Assembly: GCA_002269645.1 (NCBI GenBank)
Contig: NIVC01002427.1
Location: 1 to 64,000, forward strand
DNA from: Macrostomum lignano
Taxonomy: Eukaryota
Reading direction: 5' to 3'
Length of the DNA stretch: 64,000 nucleotides
Shown: positions 23,223-34,800 of the stretch, piece after piece
How the letters are laid out: each line of letters opens with the position of its first letter
Position numbering within the stretch: the stretch's first letter is position 1
Notes under the pieces: model-generated
Seen by the model: only the letters and a program-made list of their open reading frames with translations
Database searches by the model: none
What the model was told of the DNA's origin: nothing
Program-made: the position numbers and the translations under genes

Positions 23223-24343
23223 CTGCTCAGCACCTGTTTGATCAGCACATCACTGGAACTAATAAATGTGGGTTTGCGGTATACCTTAGTGCTAACAGTG
23301 TCCAGACTCAACTCAACCTCAATGTCAAGAAAGGGCAACTTCTTATCATCCCCTTTCATGGTGAACCAAATGTTTGGGTAAGTAGAGTTTAGCACTTGAA
23401 GAAATTGACTTTGCTTACTAGCCTCATTGAAGATTGCAAAGGTATTATCAACATATCTCTTATAGAAGGTTGGAGCATAGGGAAGAGATATCCACTGCTT
23501 CTCCCAGTGTGCCATGCAAATGTTAGCTAGTGTGGAAGCAAGCAGGCTACCCATGGCACACCTGTCAACTTGGCAATTAGTATTTGTCTTGGAAGAGAAA
23601 GATACCCAAAGTAGCAATAAGTCAACAGCTTCCTAAACATCCCTTTTGGAATTTCAGGAGACTCAGCAAAGACAAGGTCAGTTAAGTTGACTCAAGCCAA
23701 AGTCTAATCATTTAATGCATAAATTATATAGTTTGAGCTATGCCTAACTTATATTTGTAGTTACTATATAAATAACAATAAATCATTCTGATATTAGATA
23801 AGAGCTAGGCCTATTAATTCCTAAATAAGTGTAAGGACTTAGATCCAGTCTAACTAGGCATATTTTAAACAGTAATCACATTGTTTCATAAAGTTAAGGC
23901 TAGTATGGCTTAAAATATACAAATTATTATTTTTTATATGAGCGTACTTTCTATTTGACACTATGGACTATAGTTCCTAGATGTATTTCACACTATAGTC
24001 TACATATTTGTATGCCAAAATAATGTATACCATATTTGGGTCATTATATTTATAGGAATTTTTCCTACCAGAAGGCCACCAATGACTAGACTATGGTATA
24101 TAATAATAGAAGATGCCATAAACTTATTGCTACAATATAATTAGCACTTTGCAAATTAAGCTTAAGGTAATAACTAGTTGTCTTGCCTATTTAATTAGCT
24201 AAATTTTACTTTTCTTTATTCATGCCCAGTTTTAAAGTTCCATAAATCACAAGATATCAACATATTTAAGCAGTTTATTCAGGAGATTTTATTCTCTGTG
24301 TGTTGTTTGCTTTTAAATTTTATTCTATTAAATCTAAAAAGAC

Positions 24344-26112
24344 ATGATTGACGATTTGAAAAGTGAGCAAGCCACTAAGCCGCCATCGGCTGTGTCGGCA
24401 TTCTGGCACAATATTTCTATGCGATACCAAGCAGCTCTAGACAAGTGCACACCATTCACTACTGGCCGATGGGTTGGGTTCTGCTTACTGTTCCTGCTGT
24501 TTGCTTTGCGAATTCTTTTAGTGCAGGTAAGTTTTTTATGGGGGTTGCAAATGTTCCACTTTTAGTCTGTTTGTGTATGGGATTAGAGTCGAGCTTAATC
24601 AGGGCTTTTAATTATAATAATATTTAGTTGTTCAAGTACCCCGAAATCAGAATTAAGCTGGAGATGATGAACACATCGAAATCATTATTAAAGTGGTGAC
24701 GATGAACACGCTGAAATCGTCATCTAGCTTGTGATAATGAGCACCCCGAAATCATCATCTAGCTGGTGATGGTGAGCACCCCGAAATCATCATCCAAGAA
24801 GAGATGATAAGCACCCCGAAATCATTTTTTCAGCTGGTTATGATGAGCACCCCGAAATGATCATCCAGCTGGTGATGATGAGCACCCCGAAATCATCATC
24901 TAGCTGGTGATGGTGAGCACCCCGAAATCATCATCCAAGAAGAGATGATAAGCACCCCGAAATCATTTTTTTCAGCTGGTTATGATGAGCACCCCGAAAT
25001 CATCATCTAGCTGGTGCTGGTGATGAGCACTCGAAATCATCATCCAGATGGAGATAATGGATATTTTAATTTTACGCTTGTGTACTTTTACCAATTAAAT
25101 TTTCATTCGCAATCAAAAGTGATATAAATTGACATTTGCCTTAATTCAATTCTCGCAGGGATTCTACATAATCGCCTACGCATTGGGTATCTACCTATTA
25201 AACCTGCTAATTGGTTTTCTGACCCCAATGGACGCCGTGTCGCTGGACGAGGACGGGCCCAGCCTGCCAACCAGGGCCAGCGAAGAGTTTCGGCCGTTCA
25301 TTCGAAGACTGCCGGAGTTCAAGTTCTGGTAGGCAGGCTGTAGTAGGGGGCTTTGGGGGCGTGCTCATGCTCACTGAGTGTTGTTTTGTCGATTGTAAGA
25401 AAATTTACTCAGTATTGAATCGAATGTAGTATTGACTTACGACTGAAAGGTCGGGGGTTCGATTCTCGACCGAGTTTTAACCATTTGTGTCCTTGAGCAA
25501 GATACTTAACTCTCTGCATTGCTTCAGTTCAGCCAGCTGTAAAATGGGTGCCAGCATTAGCTGGGGTAATTGAGGTGCAATCGCTTATTACTTTTACTGA
25601 CTATTAGAAGGTCAAAGAGCTGATACAGTACACCCTGCGTGAGCTTGTGTATGAGTGCGGTGCCCGCGTACAGTATTTGCGCTTTTGTATGTGCTCAGGG
25701 AATGGAAAGTGCTGTCTAGTAAAGGATTTACGAATTCGAATTAAATAAAAGTACACAACTTGCCCAACACCATGTCAGGTACTCTTCAACCAGGGCCACA
25801 GTGATCTCCCTGTTCTGCACTCTAGTGCCGGCATTCGACATACCAGTATTCTGGCCCATACTAGTTATGTACTTTTTCTTGCTGTTCACTCTGACTATGA
25901 AGCGACAGATTAAGGTGAGAAAGTTCACGTCTGATAAAATTGTCTATATAATTGCAGAAGCTAGAGTGAAGAAGATGATTTATAACTCAATTGTCCCCCC
26001 TCAGCACATGATCAAGCATCGTTACATTCCGTTCACCTACGGCAAGCCGCAGCACAAAGGACGCGAGGACAATGCAAGTCCTGTTGGAAGTCAGCACGCC
26101 GCTAAGTCCTAA
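24344..26112 (+). CDS. RER1: Golgi-ER retrieval receptor RER1, 4 exons
   Basis: Exons 24344-24526, 25159-25328, 25779-25914 and 26005-26112. Motifs [63 protein letters not shown] and [17 protein letters not shown]. Confidence 0.95.
24640..25060. repeat. About 35-bp degenerate palindromic minisatellite (GATGATGAGCACCCCGAAATCATCATC core), RER1 intron 1
   Basis: Tandem units. Confidence 0.85.
25405..25750 (+). mobile_element. tRNA-derived SINE with MIR/CORE-like central domain, RER1 intron 2
   Basis: B box GGTTCGATTC (25456-25465) lies in a T-arm-like hairpin. It is followed by GTGTCCTTGAGCAAGATACTTAACTCTCTG...TCAGTT...CTGTAAAATGGG, which closely resembles the MIR CORE consensus as recalled. 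Ends in an A-rich tail. Confidence 0.75.
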
Positions 26113-26264
26113 CTGGTCGAATCTGACTGCACTGTGCAACTTATAATGTGCATGATTTGTCTTTTTAACATGGTAACTCTCTGTTTTGTACGTTAAAAAT
26201 AGTCTTTTGAAATGGGTTTTGGTGATGGTAAACTTTGGAGGCTTTTGCTGTTGATTTCGAGCCT

Positions 26265-26600
26265 TAAGAATCCTGAAGGATTCTGTGTGACTGCTGAACT
26301 TCAGTAATCCTGAAGGATTCTGTGTGACTGCCGAACTTCAGCAATCCTGAAGGATTCTGTGATTGCTGAACTTCAGTAATCCTGAAGGATTCTGTGATTG
26401 CTGAACTTCAGTAATCCTGAAGGATTCTGTGACTGCCGAACTTCAGTAATCCTGAAGGATTCTGTGTGACTGCCGAACTTCAGTAATCCTGAAGGATTCT
26501 GTGTGACTGCCGAACTTCAGTAATCCTGAAGGATTCTGTGTTTGCTGAACTTCAGTAATCCTGAAGGATTCTGTGTGACTGCCGAACTTCAGTAATCCTG
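26265..26600. repeat. About 35-37-bp palindromic minisatellite (GAACTTCAGTAATCCTGAAGGATTCTGTGTGACTGCC) downstream of the RER1 stop
   Basis: About 9 contiguous units with no spacers. Confidence 0.9.
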
Positions 26601-27589
26601 AGTTTTTAGAGAATATTAATAACTATAATGTTACTTCATGCTATATGTCGGGTATAAAAAGGAAAATCTTGTCCTTATTTCTGTTTTCAAATTGTTTCCT
26701 TTCATATTGTTGGCGAATGAGTTTGATGCTGCTTATAATAATAATTTGGTATAAAATTCAGCACAAAAACGCGCTACATATGCCAGTCCCGTGTGCGTAA
26801 GTAGAATATATAAAATATAAATATTGCATCGAGCAAAGTTGTTGCTATTTGAAATTTATTCAGAACCTTTTCTCCAGCGGCAGGCAGCTCTCTACCGCAT
26901 AAATTATGCTAATTAGGTTGCTTCCTACCTTGTTGCAGTTTAAAAAAAACAAAAATAAACTCAAAGGCAATATGTGACGGCCAAAGTGACCAAATTGTGT
27001 CTGACCTCTATTTGTCCCCTTTGCCCTTGTGTCTAAATAAAACACATGAAATCGTATTGACTAGTCTTGAACAGAAATCAATTTGATAAATGAGATAATG
27101 AATTTTGTTCATATTCCTTTCTAGATTCGGTTTGTTTAAGGTTCTATCTTTCTGAGAAAAAGACTTTATTGATCAAATGTAAACCGTAGTGTTTAGTCGA
27201 TTATGATGTCATAAGGTTCGATATGAGTAGTTAACTATTAATCTACTAATGCTATTTTCAATTTGTTTTAAAATGTTTACAATTAAATAAAAAACATCTT
27301 ACTGCCTTCCAGTGTGCACCCGCATCCTAGAATAATTAAATTCTGCATTAGGTTTCAGACACAATGATGCAGCCTAATTCAATTGTTGCAAAATTAATTT
27401 AACAATTTATCTTTATAAAAGTGTATTTCTATGCGTAAAAGTTTTATTGTCCCTGCTACATTATGTCATAAATAATTTGCTAGCTGATTTGCACTGCGAC
27501 TTCTCTGGTGTTCGAATCATTTTCTTCTCAAGTTTGTTAAAATTTTAAATTTTAGTTCCAATTTGCATGCGGTTGAACACATCGTGTAA

Positions 27590-28760
27590 AACCCACCCCC
27601 AGAAACTCCATCAAAAATCCGCCCCCCAACCTTCAGAAACTCCATTAAAAATCCGCCCCCCCCCTCCAAAGACTCCATTAAAAATCCTCCTACAATTTGC
27701 TCCCTCCTCAGAAATTCCATCAAAAGTCCGCCCCCCAGAAACTCCATCTTAAATCCGCCCCCCCTCAGAAACTCCATCTAAAATCCGCCCCCCCCTCAGA
27801 AACTCCATCTTAAATCCGCCCCCCCCCTCAGAAACGCCATCTAAAATCCGCCCCCCCCCCTCAGAAACTCCATCTAAATTCCCCCTCTCAGTAACTACAT
27901 CTAAATTCCTCCCCTCTCAGAAACTCCATCTAAATTCCCCCCCTCTCAGTAACTACATCTGAATTCCCCCTCTCAGTAACTACATCTAAATTCCCCCCCA
28001 CTCAGTAACTACATCTAAATTCCCCCCCTCTCAGTAACTACATCTAAATTTCCCCCTTTCAGTAACTACATCTAAATTCCCCCTCTCAGTAACTACATAT
28101 AAATTTCCCCCTTTCAGTAACTACATCTAAATTCCCCCTCTCAGTAACTACATCTAAATTCCCCCCTCTCAGTAACTACATCTAAATTCCCCCCTCTCAG
28201 TAACTACATCTAAATTCCCCCCCTCTCAGTAACTACATCTAAATCCCCCCTTCTCAGTAACTACATCTAAATTCCCCCCTTTCAGTAACTACATCTAAAT
28301 TCCCCCCCTCTCAGTAACTACATCTAAATTCCCCCCTCTCAGTAACTACATCTAAATCCCCCTTCTCAGTAACTACATCTAAATTCCCCCCCTTTCAGTA
28401 ACTACATCTAAATTCCCCCCCTCTCAGTAACTACATCTAAATTCCCCCCTCTCAGTAACTCCATCTGAAATCCGCCCTCCCCTCAAAAACTCCATCTAAA
28501 ATCCGCCCCCCCTCAGAAACTCCATCTAAAATCCGCCCCCCCTCAGAAACTCCATCTAAAATCCGCCCCCCCCCTCAGAAACTCTATCTAAAATCCGCCC
28601 TCCCCTCAGAAACTCCATCTAAAATCCGCCCTCCCCTCAGAAACTCCATCTAAAATCCGCCCTCCCCTCAGAAACTCTATCTAAAATCCGCCCTCCCCTC
28701 AGAAACTCCATCTAAAATCCGCCCTCCCCTCAGAAACTCCATCTAAAATCCGCCCCCTAA
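27590..28760. repeat. About 30-bp C-tract minisatellite with A-B-A variant blocks between RER1 and VPS15
   Basis: AAATCCGCCCCCCCTCAGAAACTCCATCT at both ends, AAATTCCCCCCTCTCAGTAACTACATCT in the middle. Confidence 0.9.
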
Positions 28761-28867
28761 ATCTGGTCAACATTTCAGGCCAACAGTTGAAACACGGGGT
28801 GCATCTGTCATCGGCAATACAGAGTACGCGGTGCACTCCTAATAAAGCAAATAAATACCCAAAGCAA

Positions 28868-31800
28868 ATGGGCAATCAAGTTGGCAGTGTTAGCAGCGCG
28901 GAAGTCAATAATAAGTATAACCAATGCTTGCAAGATCTCACTGAGTACGAACTGCAGACTAAGCTTAAAGAGACTGCATTTTTTAAAGTTGTTCGATCGA
29001 GGTATGTTCTAAATGTCAAGTTTATTGATGTTTAATTACTGCAAATATTTTTCAGTATTACAGACAGTTTCTACTTGTTACCGCTTATTTTCAGACACTC
29101 GGAAGGCGATGTTGTGCTCAAGGTGTACATTCCGCCTAATTCTAGCGTACCCATAAAAGAGTATTTAGATCGTATTGACGCCCAGAAGAGGGTCTTTCCT
29201 AATCCTACCAATGCCAATGTCCTGCCCTATCAGAGGTAGGCAATTTCTGTTTGTGTGCAATGCAAATTATTAGTATACTGCATCTCATGGTTTGAGTATT
29301 TAACTGAATTAACAACTTTAATCAGAACTATAAACTCACTCTCACTGAATCACTCTAAAGTACAATAAGTACTCTGAGACACCACATTAAAATGCAATAG
29401 GTACTCTGAGACACCACACTGAAGTACAATAAGTACTCTGAAACACCACACAGAAGTACAATAAGTACTCTGAAACATCACTCTAAAGTACAATAAGTAC
29501 TCTAAAACACCACACTGAAGTACAATAAGTACTCTGAGACACCACACTGAAGTACAATATGTACTCTGAAACACCACACTGAAGTACAATAAGTACTCTG
29601 AAACATCACTCTAAAGTACAATAGGTACTCTAAAACACCACACTAAAGTACAACAAGTACTCCGAGACAGCACACTGAAGTACAATATGTACTCTGAGAC
29701 ATCATACAACCCCCACTACAGATGCCATTATTCGGAGCGCTACGCCTGTCTAGTGCGTCAGTTTGTAAAGTACAGCCTCTACGATAGAATGGACACTCGG
29801 CCGTTTCTATTGGACGTAGAGAAGCGTTGGATCGCCTTCCAGCTATTGTGTGCAATCGCTACGCTAAACAAAGTGTCACTGTGTCACGGCGATATTAAAA
29901 GTGAAAACGTCCTGCTCACTAGTTGGGGCTGGGTACTATTGACGGATTTCGCTCCTTTTAAACCCGTATTTTTGCCAGACGATAATCCGGCAGATTATAG
30001 CTTCTATTTTGACATTTCTGGTCGAAGGACTTGCTACATTGCCCCTGAGCGATTCTATCATGCTAATCGATCTTCCGCTTATGGTAAGGCAGCGGCTGCT
30101 TCTGCTAGTGGAGTCGCTTCAACCGCTGCTGTCGAGCCCGATGCAGACTTTGGCCTCAGTCAAAAACAACAGAATGTGGTAGGCACATTTCTTAGAAACT
30201 GTGGTGTTTTCAAGGCTTATTAAAATTGTGTTTCTATTTTAACAAACCAAAATATAGTTACATCCGCTTTCAGTTCACTTTTAAAGTCACGTACATCGTA
30301 ATTTTGTAAGCGCGGATGAAATTTGCATTTCTTAGAAACCGTGTTTTTGAAGGCTGCTTCTTTATTAAAAAAGATAGTAACGTCACACTCATTTATCAGC
30401 TCACTTTAAATTTTAATAAGTTTAAATAAATTCATAGTTTAATATTTATTTCGCTGTCAGGCCTTGAAAGTTAAGCAATATTAGCCCGGGTTAGTTAGTA
30501 CTTAGTTATCATCATATCTAAAATTTGATTTTATATTGAAAACTAACAGAAACGCGGACAACTGGAGCACAGCATGGATGTGTTCTCCGCTGGATGCGTA
30601 CTATTAGAACTGTTTAGCGAAGATTCCAATAGTCAGCCATTCGATCTGTCTCAATTGTTGGCATTTAAAAAAGATCAATACACGCCTACTAAACTGATAC
30701 TGCGACTGGCGGATGAGAATATTCGGGTGAGAATTTGACTCTTACCATTATGGTTCGTAACTTGACTGATCCTAATGAATTCGCGCCTCTAAAATACCAC
30801 AATGGCACCCTTTATGATGCCCCAATGACACCCTTTATGATTTCCCCAATGACACCCTTTATGATGCCCCAATGACACCCTTTATGATTTCCCCAAGGAC
30901 ACCCTTTATGATGCCCCAATGGCACCCTTTATGATGCCCCAATGACACTCTTTACCCCAATGACACCCTTTATGATGCCCCAATGACACCCTTTATGATT
31001 TCCCCAATGACACCCTTTATGATGCCCCAATGACACCCTTTATGATTTCCCCAAGGACACCCTTTATGATGCCCCAATGGCACCCTTTATGATGCCCCAA
31101 TGACACCCTTTATGATGCCCCAATGGCACCCTTTATGATGCCCCAATGACACTCTTTACCCCAATGACACCCTTTATGATGCCCCAATGACACCCTTTAT
31201 GATGCCCCAATGACACCCTTTATGATGCCGCAATGACACCCTTATTGATGCCCCAATGGCACCCTTTATGATGCCCCAATGACACCCTTATTGATGCCCC
31301 AATGACACTCTTTATGATGCCGCAATGACACCCCTTATGATGCCACCATGACACCCATCACTGTGCCACCATGACACCCATCACAGTGCCATCATGACAC
31401 CCATCACAGTGCCACCATGACACCAATCACAGTGCCACCATGACACCCATCACAGTGCCATCATGACACCCATCACAGTGCCATCATGACACCCATCACA
31501 GTGCCACCATGACACCCATCACTGTGCCACCATGACACCCATCACAGTGCCATCATGACACCCATCACAGTGCCACCATGACACCAATCAGAGTGCCACC
31601 ATGACACCCATCACAGTGCCACCATGACACCCATCACTGTGCCACCATGACACCCATCACTGTGCCACCATGACACCCATCACTGTGCCACCATGACACC
31701 CATCACTGTGCCACCATGACACCCATCACAGTGTCACCATGACACCCATCACAGTGCCACCATGACACCCATCACAGTGTCACCTTGACACCCATCACAG

Positions 31801-34800
31801 TGCCATCATGACACCCATCACTGTGCCACCATGACACCCATCACAGTGTCACCATGACACCCATCACAGTGCCATCATGACACCCATCACAGTGCCATCA
31901 TGACACCCATCACAGTGCCACCATGACACCCATCACAGTGCCACCATGACACCAATCACAGTGTCACCATGACACCCATCACAGTGCCATCATGACACCC
32001 ATCACAGTGCCATCATGACACCCATCACTGTGCCATCATGACACCCATCACAGTGCCACCATGACACCCATCACTGTGCCACCATGACACCCATCACTGT
32101 GCCACCATGACACCCATCACTGTGCCATCATGCACCCATCACAGTGCCATCATGACACCCATCACAGTGCCACCATGACACCCATCACAGTGCCACCATG
32201 ACACCAATCACAGTGTCACCATGACACCCATCACAGTGCCATCATGACACCCATCACAGTGCCATCATGACACCCATCACAGTGCCATCATGACACCCAT
32301 CACAGTGCCACCATGACACCCATCACAGTGCCATCATGACACCCATCACTGTGCCACCATGACACCCATCACTGTGCCACCATGACACCCATCACTGTGC
32401 CACCATGACACCCATCACTGTGCCACCATGACACCCATCACTGTGCCACCATGACACCCATCACTGTGCCACCATGACACCCATCACAGTGCCATCATGA
32501 CACCCATCACAGTGTCACCATGACGCCCTCAAATAGCTTCTAAAGGAAAAAATAAATTAAAAAAGCTGGTTAACCAACCAGGACCTGATCACCACCATGC
32601 TGAGCAAAGAACCGCTGAGTCGCCTATCTGGCGAGGAGCTGCTCATTCAACAGCGAGGCAAAGCGTTCCCGGACTATTTTTACACCTTTCTAAAGACCTA
32701 CTTGGCCCCGTTCGCCTCGGAGATACAGCTGCCGGATGATAAGATTGCTAGACTGAAGAAGTAAGGGCTTGGTTGAGTTGTTTACTCAGTTATCGAATAC
32801 TCATTTCAACAAAGCTCGAGCTAAAAAATCTTCGGGCTTGTAAATCTTCGAGTTTGTGAAGCTTCAAGGTTGTGAATCTTCGAGCTTGTGAAGCTTCAAG
32901 GTTGTGAATCTTCGAGGTTGTGAAGCTTCAAGGTTGTGAATCTTCGAGCTTGTGAAGCTTCAAGGTTGTGAATCTTCGAGCTTGTGAAGCTTCAAGGTTG
33001 TGAATCTTCGAGCTTGTGAAGCTTCAAGGTTGTGAATCTTCGAGCTTGTGAAGCTTCAAGGTTGTGAATCTTCGAGTTTGTGAAGCTTCAAGGTTGTGAA
33101 TCTTCGAGCTTGTGAAGCTTCAAGGTTGTGAATCTTCGAGTTTGTGAAGCTTCAAGGTTGTGAATCTTCGAGCTTGTGAAGCTTCAAGGTTGTGAAGCTT
33201 CAAGGTTGTGAATCTTCGAGCTTGTGAAGCTTCAAGGTTGTGAAGCTTCGAGCTTGTGAAGCTTCAAGGTTGTGAAGCTTCAAGGTTGTGAATCTTCGAG
33301 CTTGTGAAGCTTCAAGGTTGTGAATCTTCGAGCTTGTGAAGCTTGAGTTTGTGAATCTTGGAGTTTGTGAATCTTTGAATTTGTGAATCTTTAGGCTTGT
33401 GAATCTTCAGGCTTGTGAATCTTCAGGCTTATGAATCTTCAGGTTTGTGAATCTTCAGGTTTGTGAATCTTCAGGCTTGTGAATCTTCAAGCTTGTGAAT
33501 CTTCGAGATTGTGAATCTTCAGGCTTGTGTGAATCTTCGAACTTGTGAATCTTCAAGATTGTGAATCTTCAGGCTTGTGAATCTTCGAGCTTGTGGATAT
33601 TCAGGCGTGTGAAGCTTTGCGCTTGTGAATCTTCAGGCTTGTGAATCTTCGGGCTTGTGAATCTTCGAACTTGTGAATATTCAGGCTTGTGAAGCTTTGA
33701 GCTTGTGAATCTTCAGGTCGGCAAACATCCCGTCGGGCAGTGCCCTTGTCGAAACCGAAGTTAGATAGTTTGAAATACAATTAAAAATCAATATCTACTC
33801 ACCTAAAAGACATTGTGAGCATTGATATTCCATTTACGAGTGTATATTCTCTTGACACAACTTTCAGAGCCCTATTCACCCAGAGTCACATTGCAAAGTT
33901 TCTCATATTGGATAGCGACAAGAAGTCCGAACGGAACGTTGGATTAGTAATCATTTTGAACTTGTTGACCTCGTCAGTTCGGCACGTTCGCTTTGCCCAA
34001 TCGAAACTGGACGGTTTGAAGTGCTTGGAGAAACTGGCCTGCCATCTGCCTGATCACATCGTGCTCGACCGGATACTGCCGTATATTGTGAGCTTCTCCC
34101 AGAATCCTCATTTAATCCTTCATCAATCTGCTCAACAGAATCCCTAGTTATCTCTTCATTACCTGCCTGTTTCTTTATCATCATCACCAGCATGTTCCAC
34201 AGAATCCCTCTATTCATCATCATCATCACCAGCATGTTTCACAGAATCCCTCTATTATCCTTCATCATCATCACCAGGCTGTTCCCCAGAATCCCTCTAT
34301 TATCCTTCATCATTATCACCAACCTGTTCCCCAGAATCCCTCTATTATCCTTCATCATTATCACCAACCTGTTCCCCAGAATCCCTCTATTATCCTTCAT
34401 CATCATCACCAGTATGTTCCCCAGAATCCCTCTATTATCCTTCATCATCATCACCAGCATGTTCCCTAGAATCCCTCTATTATCCTTCATCATCATCACC
34501 AGCATGTTCCCCAGAATCCCTCTATTATCCTTCATCATCATCACCAGCATGTTCCCCAGAATCCCTCTATTATCCTTCATCATCATCACCAGCATGTTTC
34601 ACAGAATCCCTCTATTATCCTTCATCATCATCACCAGGCTGTTCCCCAGAATCCCTCTATTATCCTTCATCATTATCACCAACCTGTTCCCCAGAATCCC
34701 TCTATTATCCTTCATCATTATCACCAACCTGTTCCCCAGAATCCCTCTATTATCCTTCATCATTATCACCAACCTGTTCCCCAGAATCCCTCTATTATCC

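Larger units (their letters stand above)
21905..23620 (-). mobile_element. Decayed Penelope-like retroelement (RT plus GIY-YIG), interrupted by a MITE
   Basis: RT motifs MGSLLASTLANI, YKRYVDNTFAIF, LPFLDI and VYRKPT. GIY-YIG motifs NVIYQFCC...YIGKTKRHLYTRAREH and FTVLD...KLRVLEALYIKHHKSSLNT*. Contains stops and frameshifts. Confidence 0.85.

Noticed and set aside
24640-25060. TGATGAG...CGAAA hammerhead-like words in RER1 intron 1
   Set aside because: The C3 position, stem II and a cleavage triplet are missing; the GATGATGA/TCATCATC palindrome explains the pattern.
26265-26600. CRISPR-like palindromic 35-37-bp repeats
   Set aside because: There are no unique spacers and no cas genes, and the context is eukaryotic.
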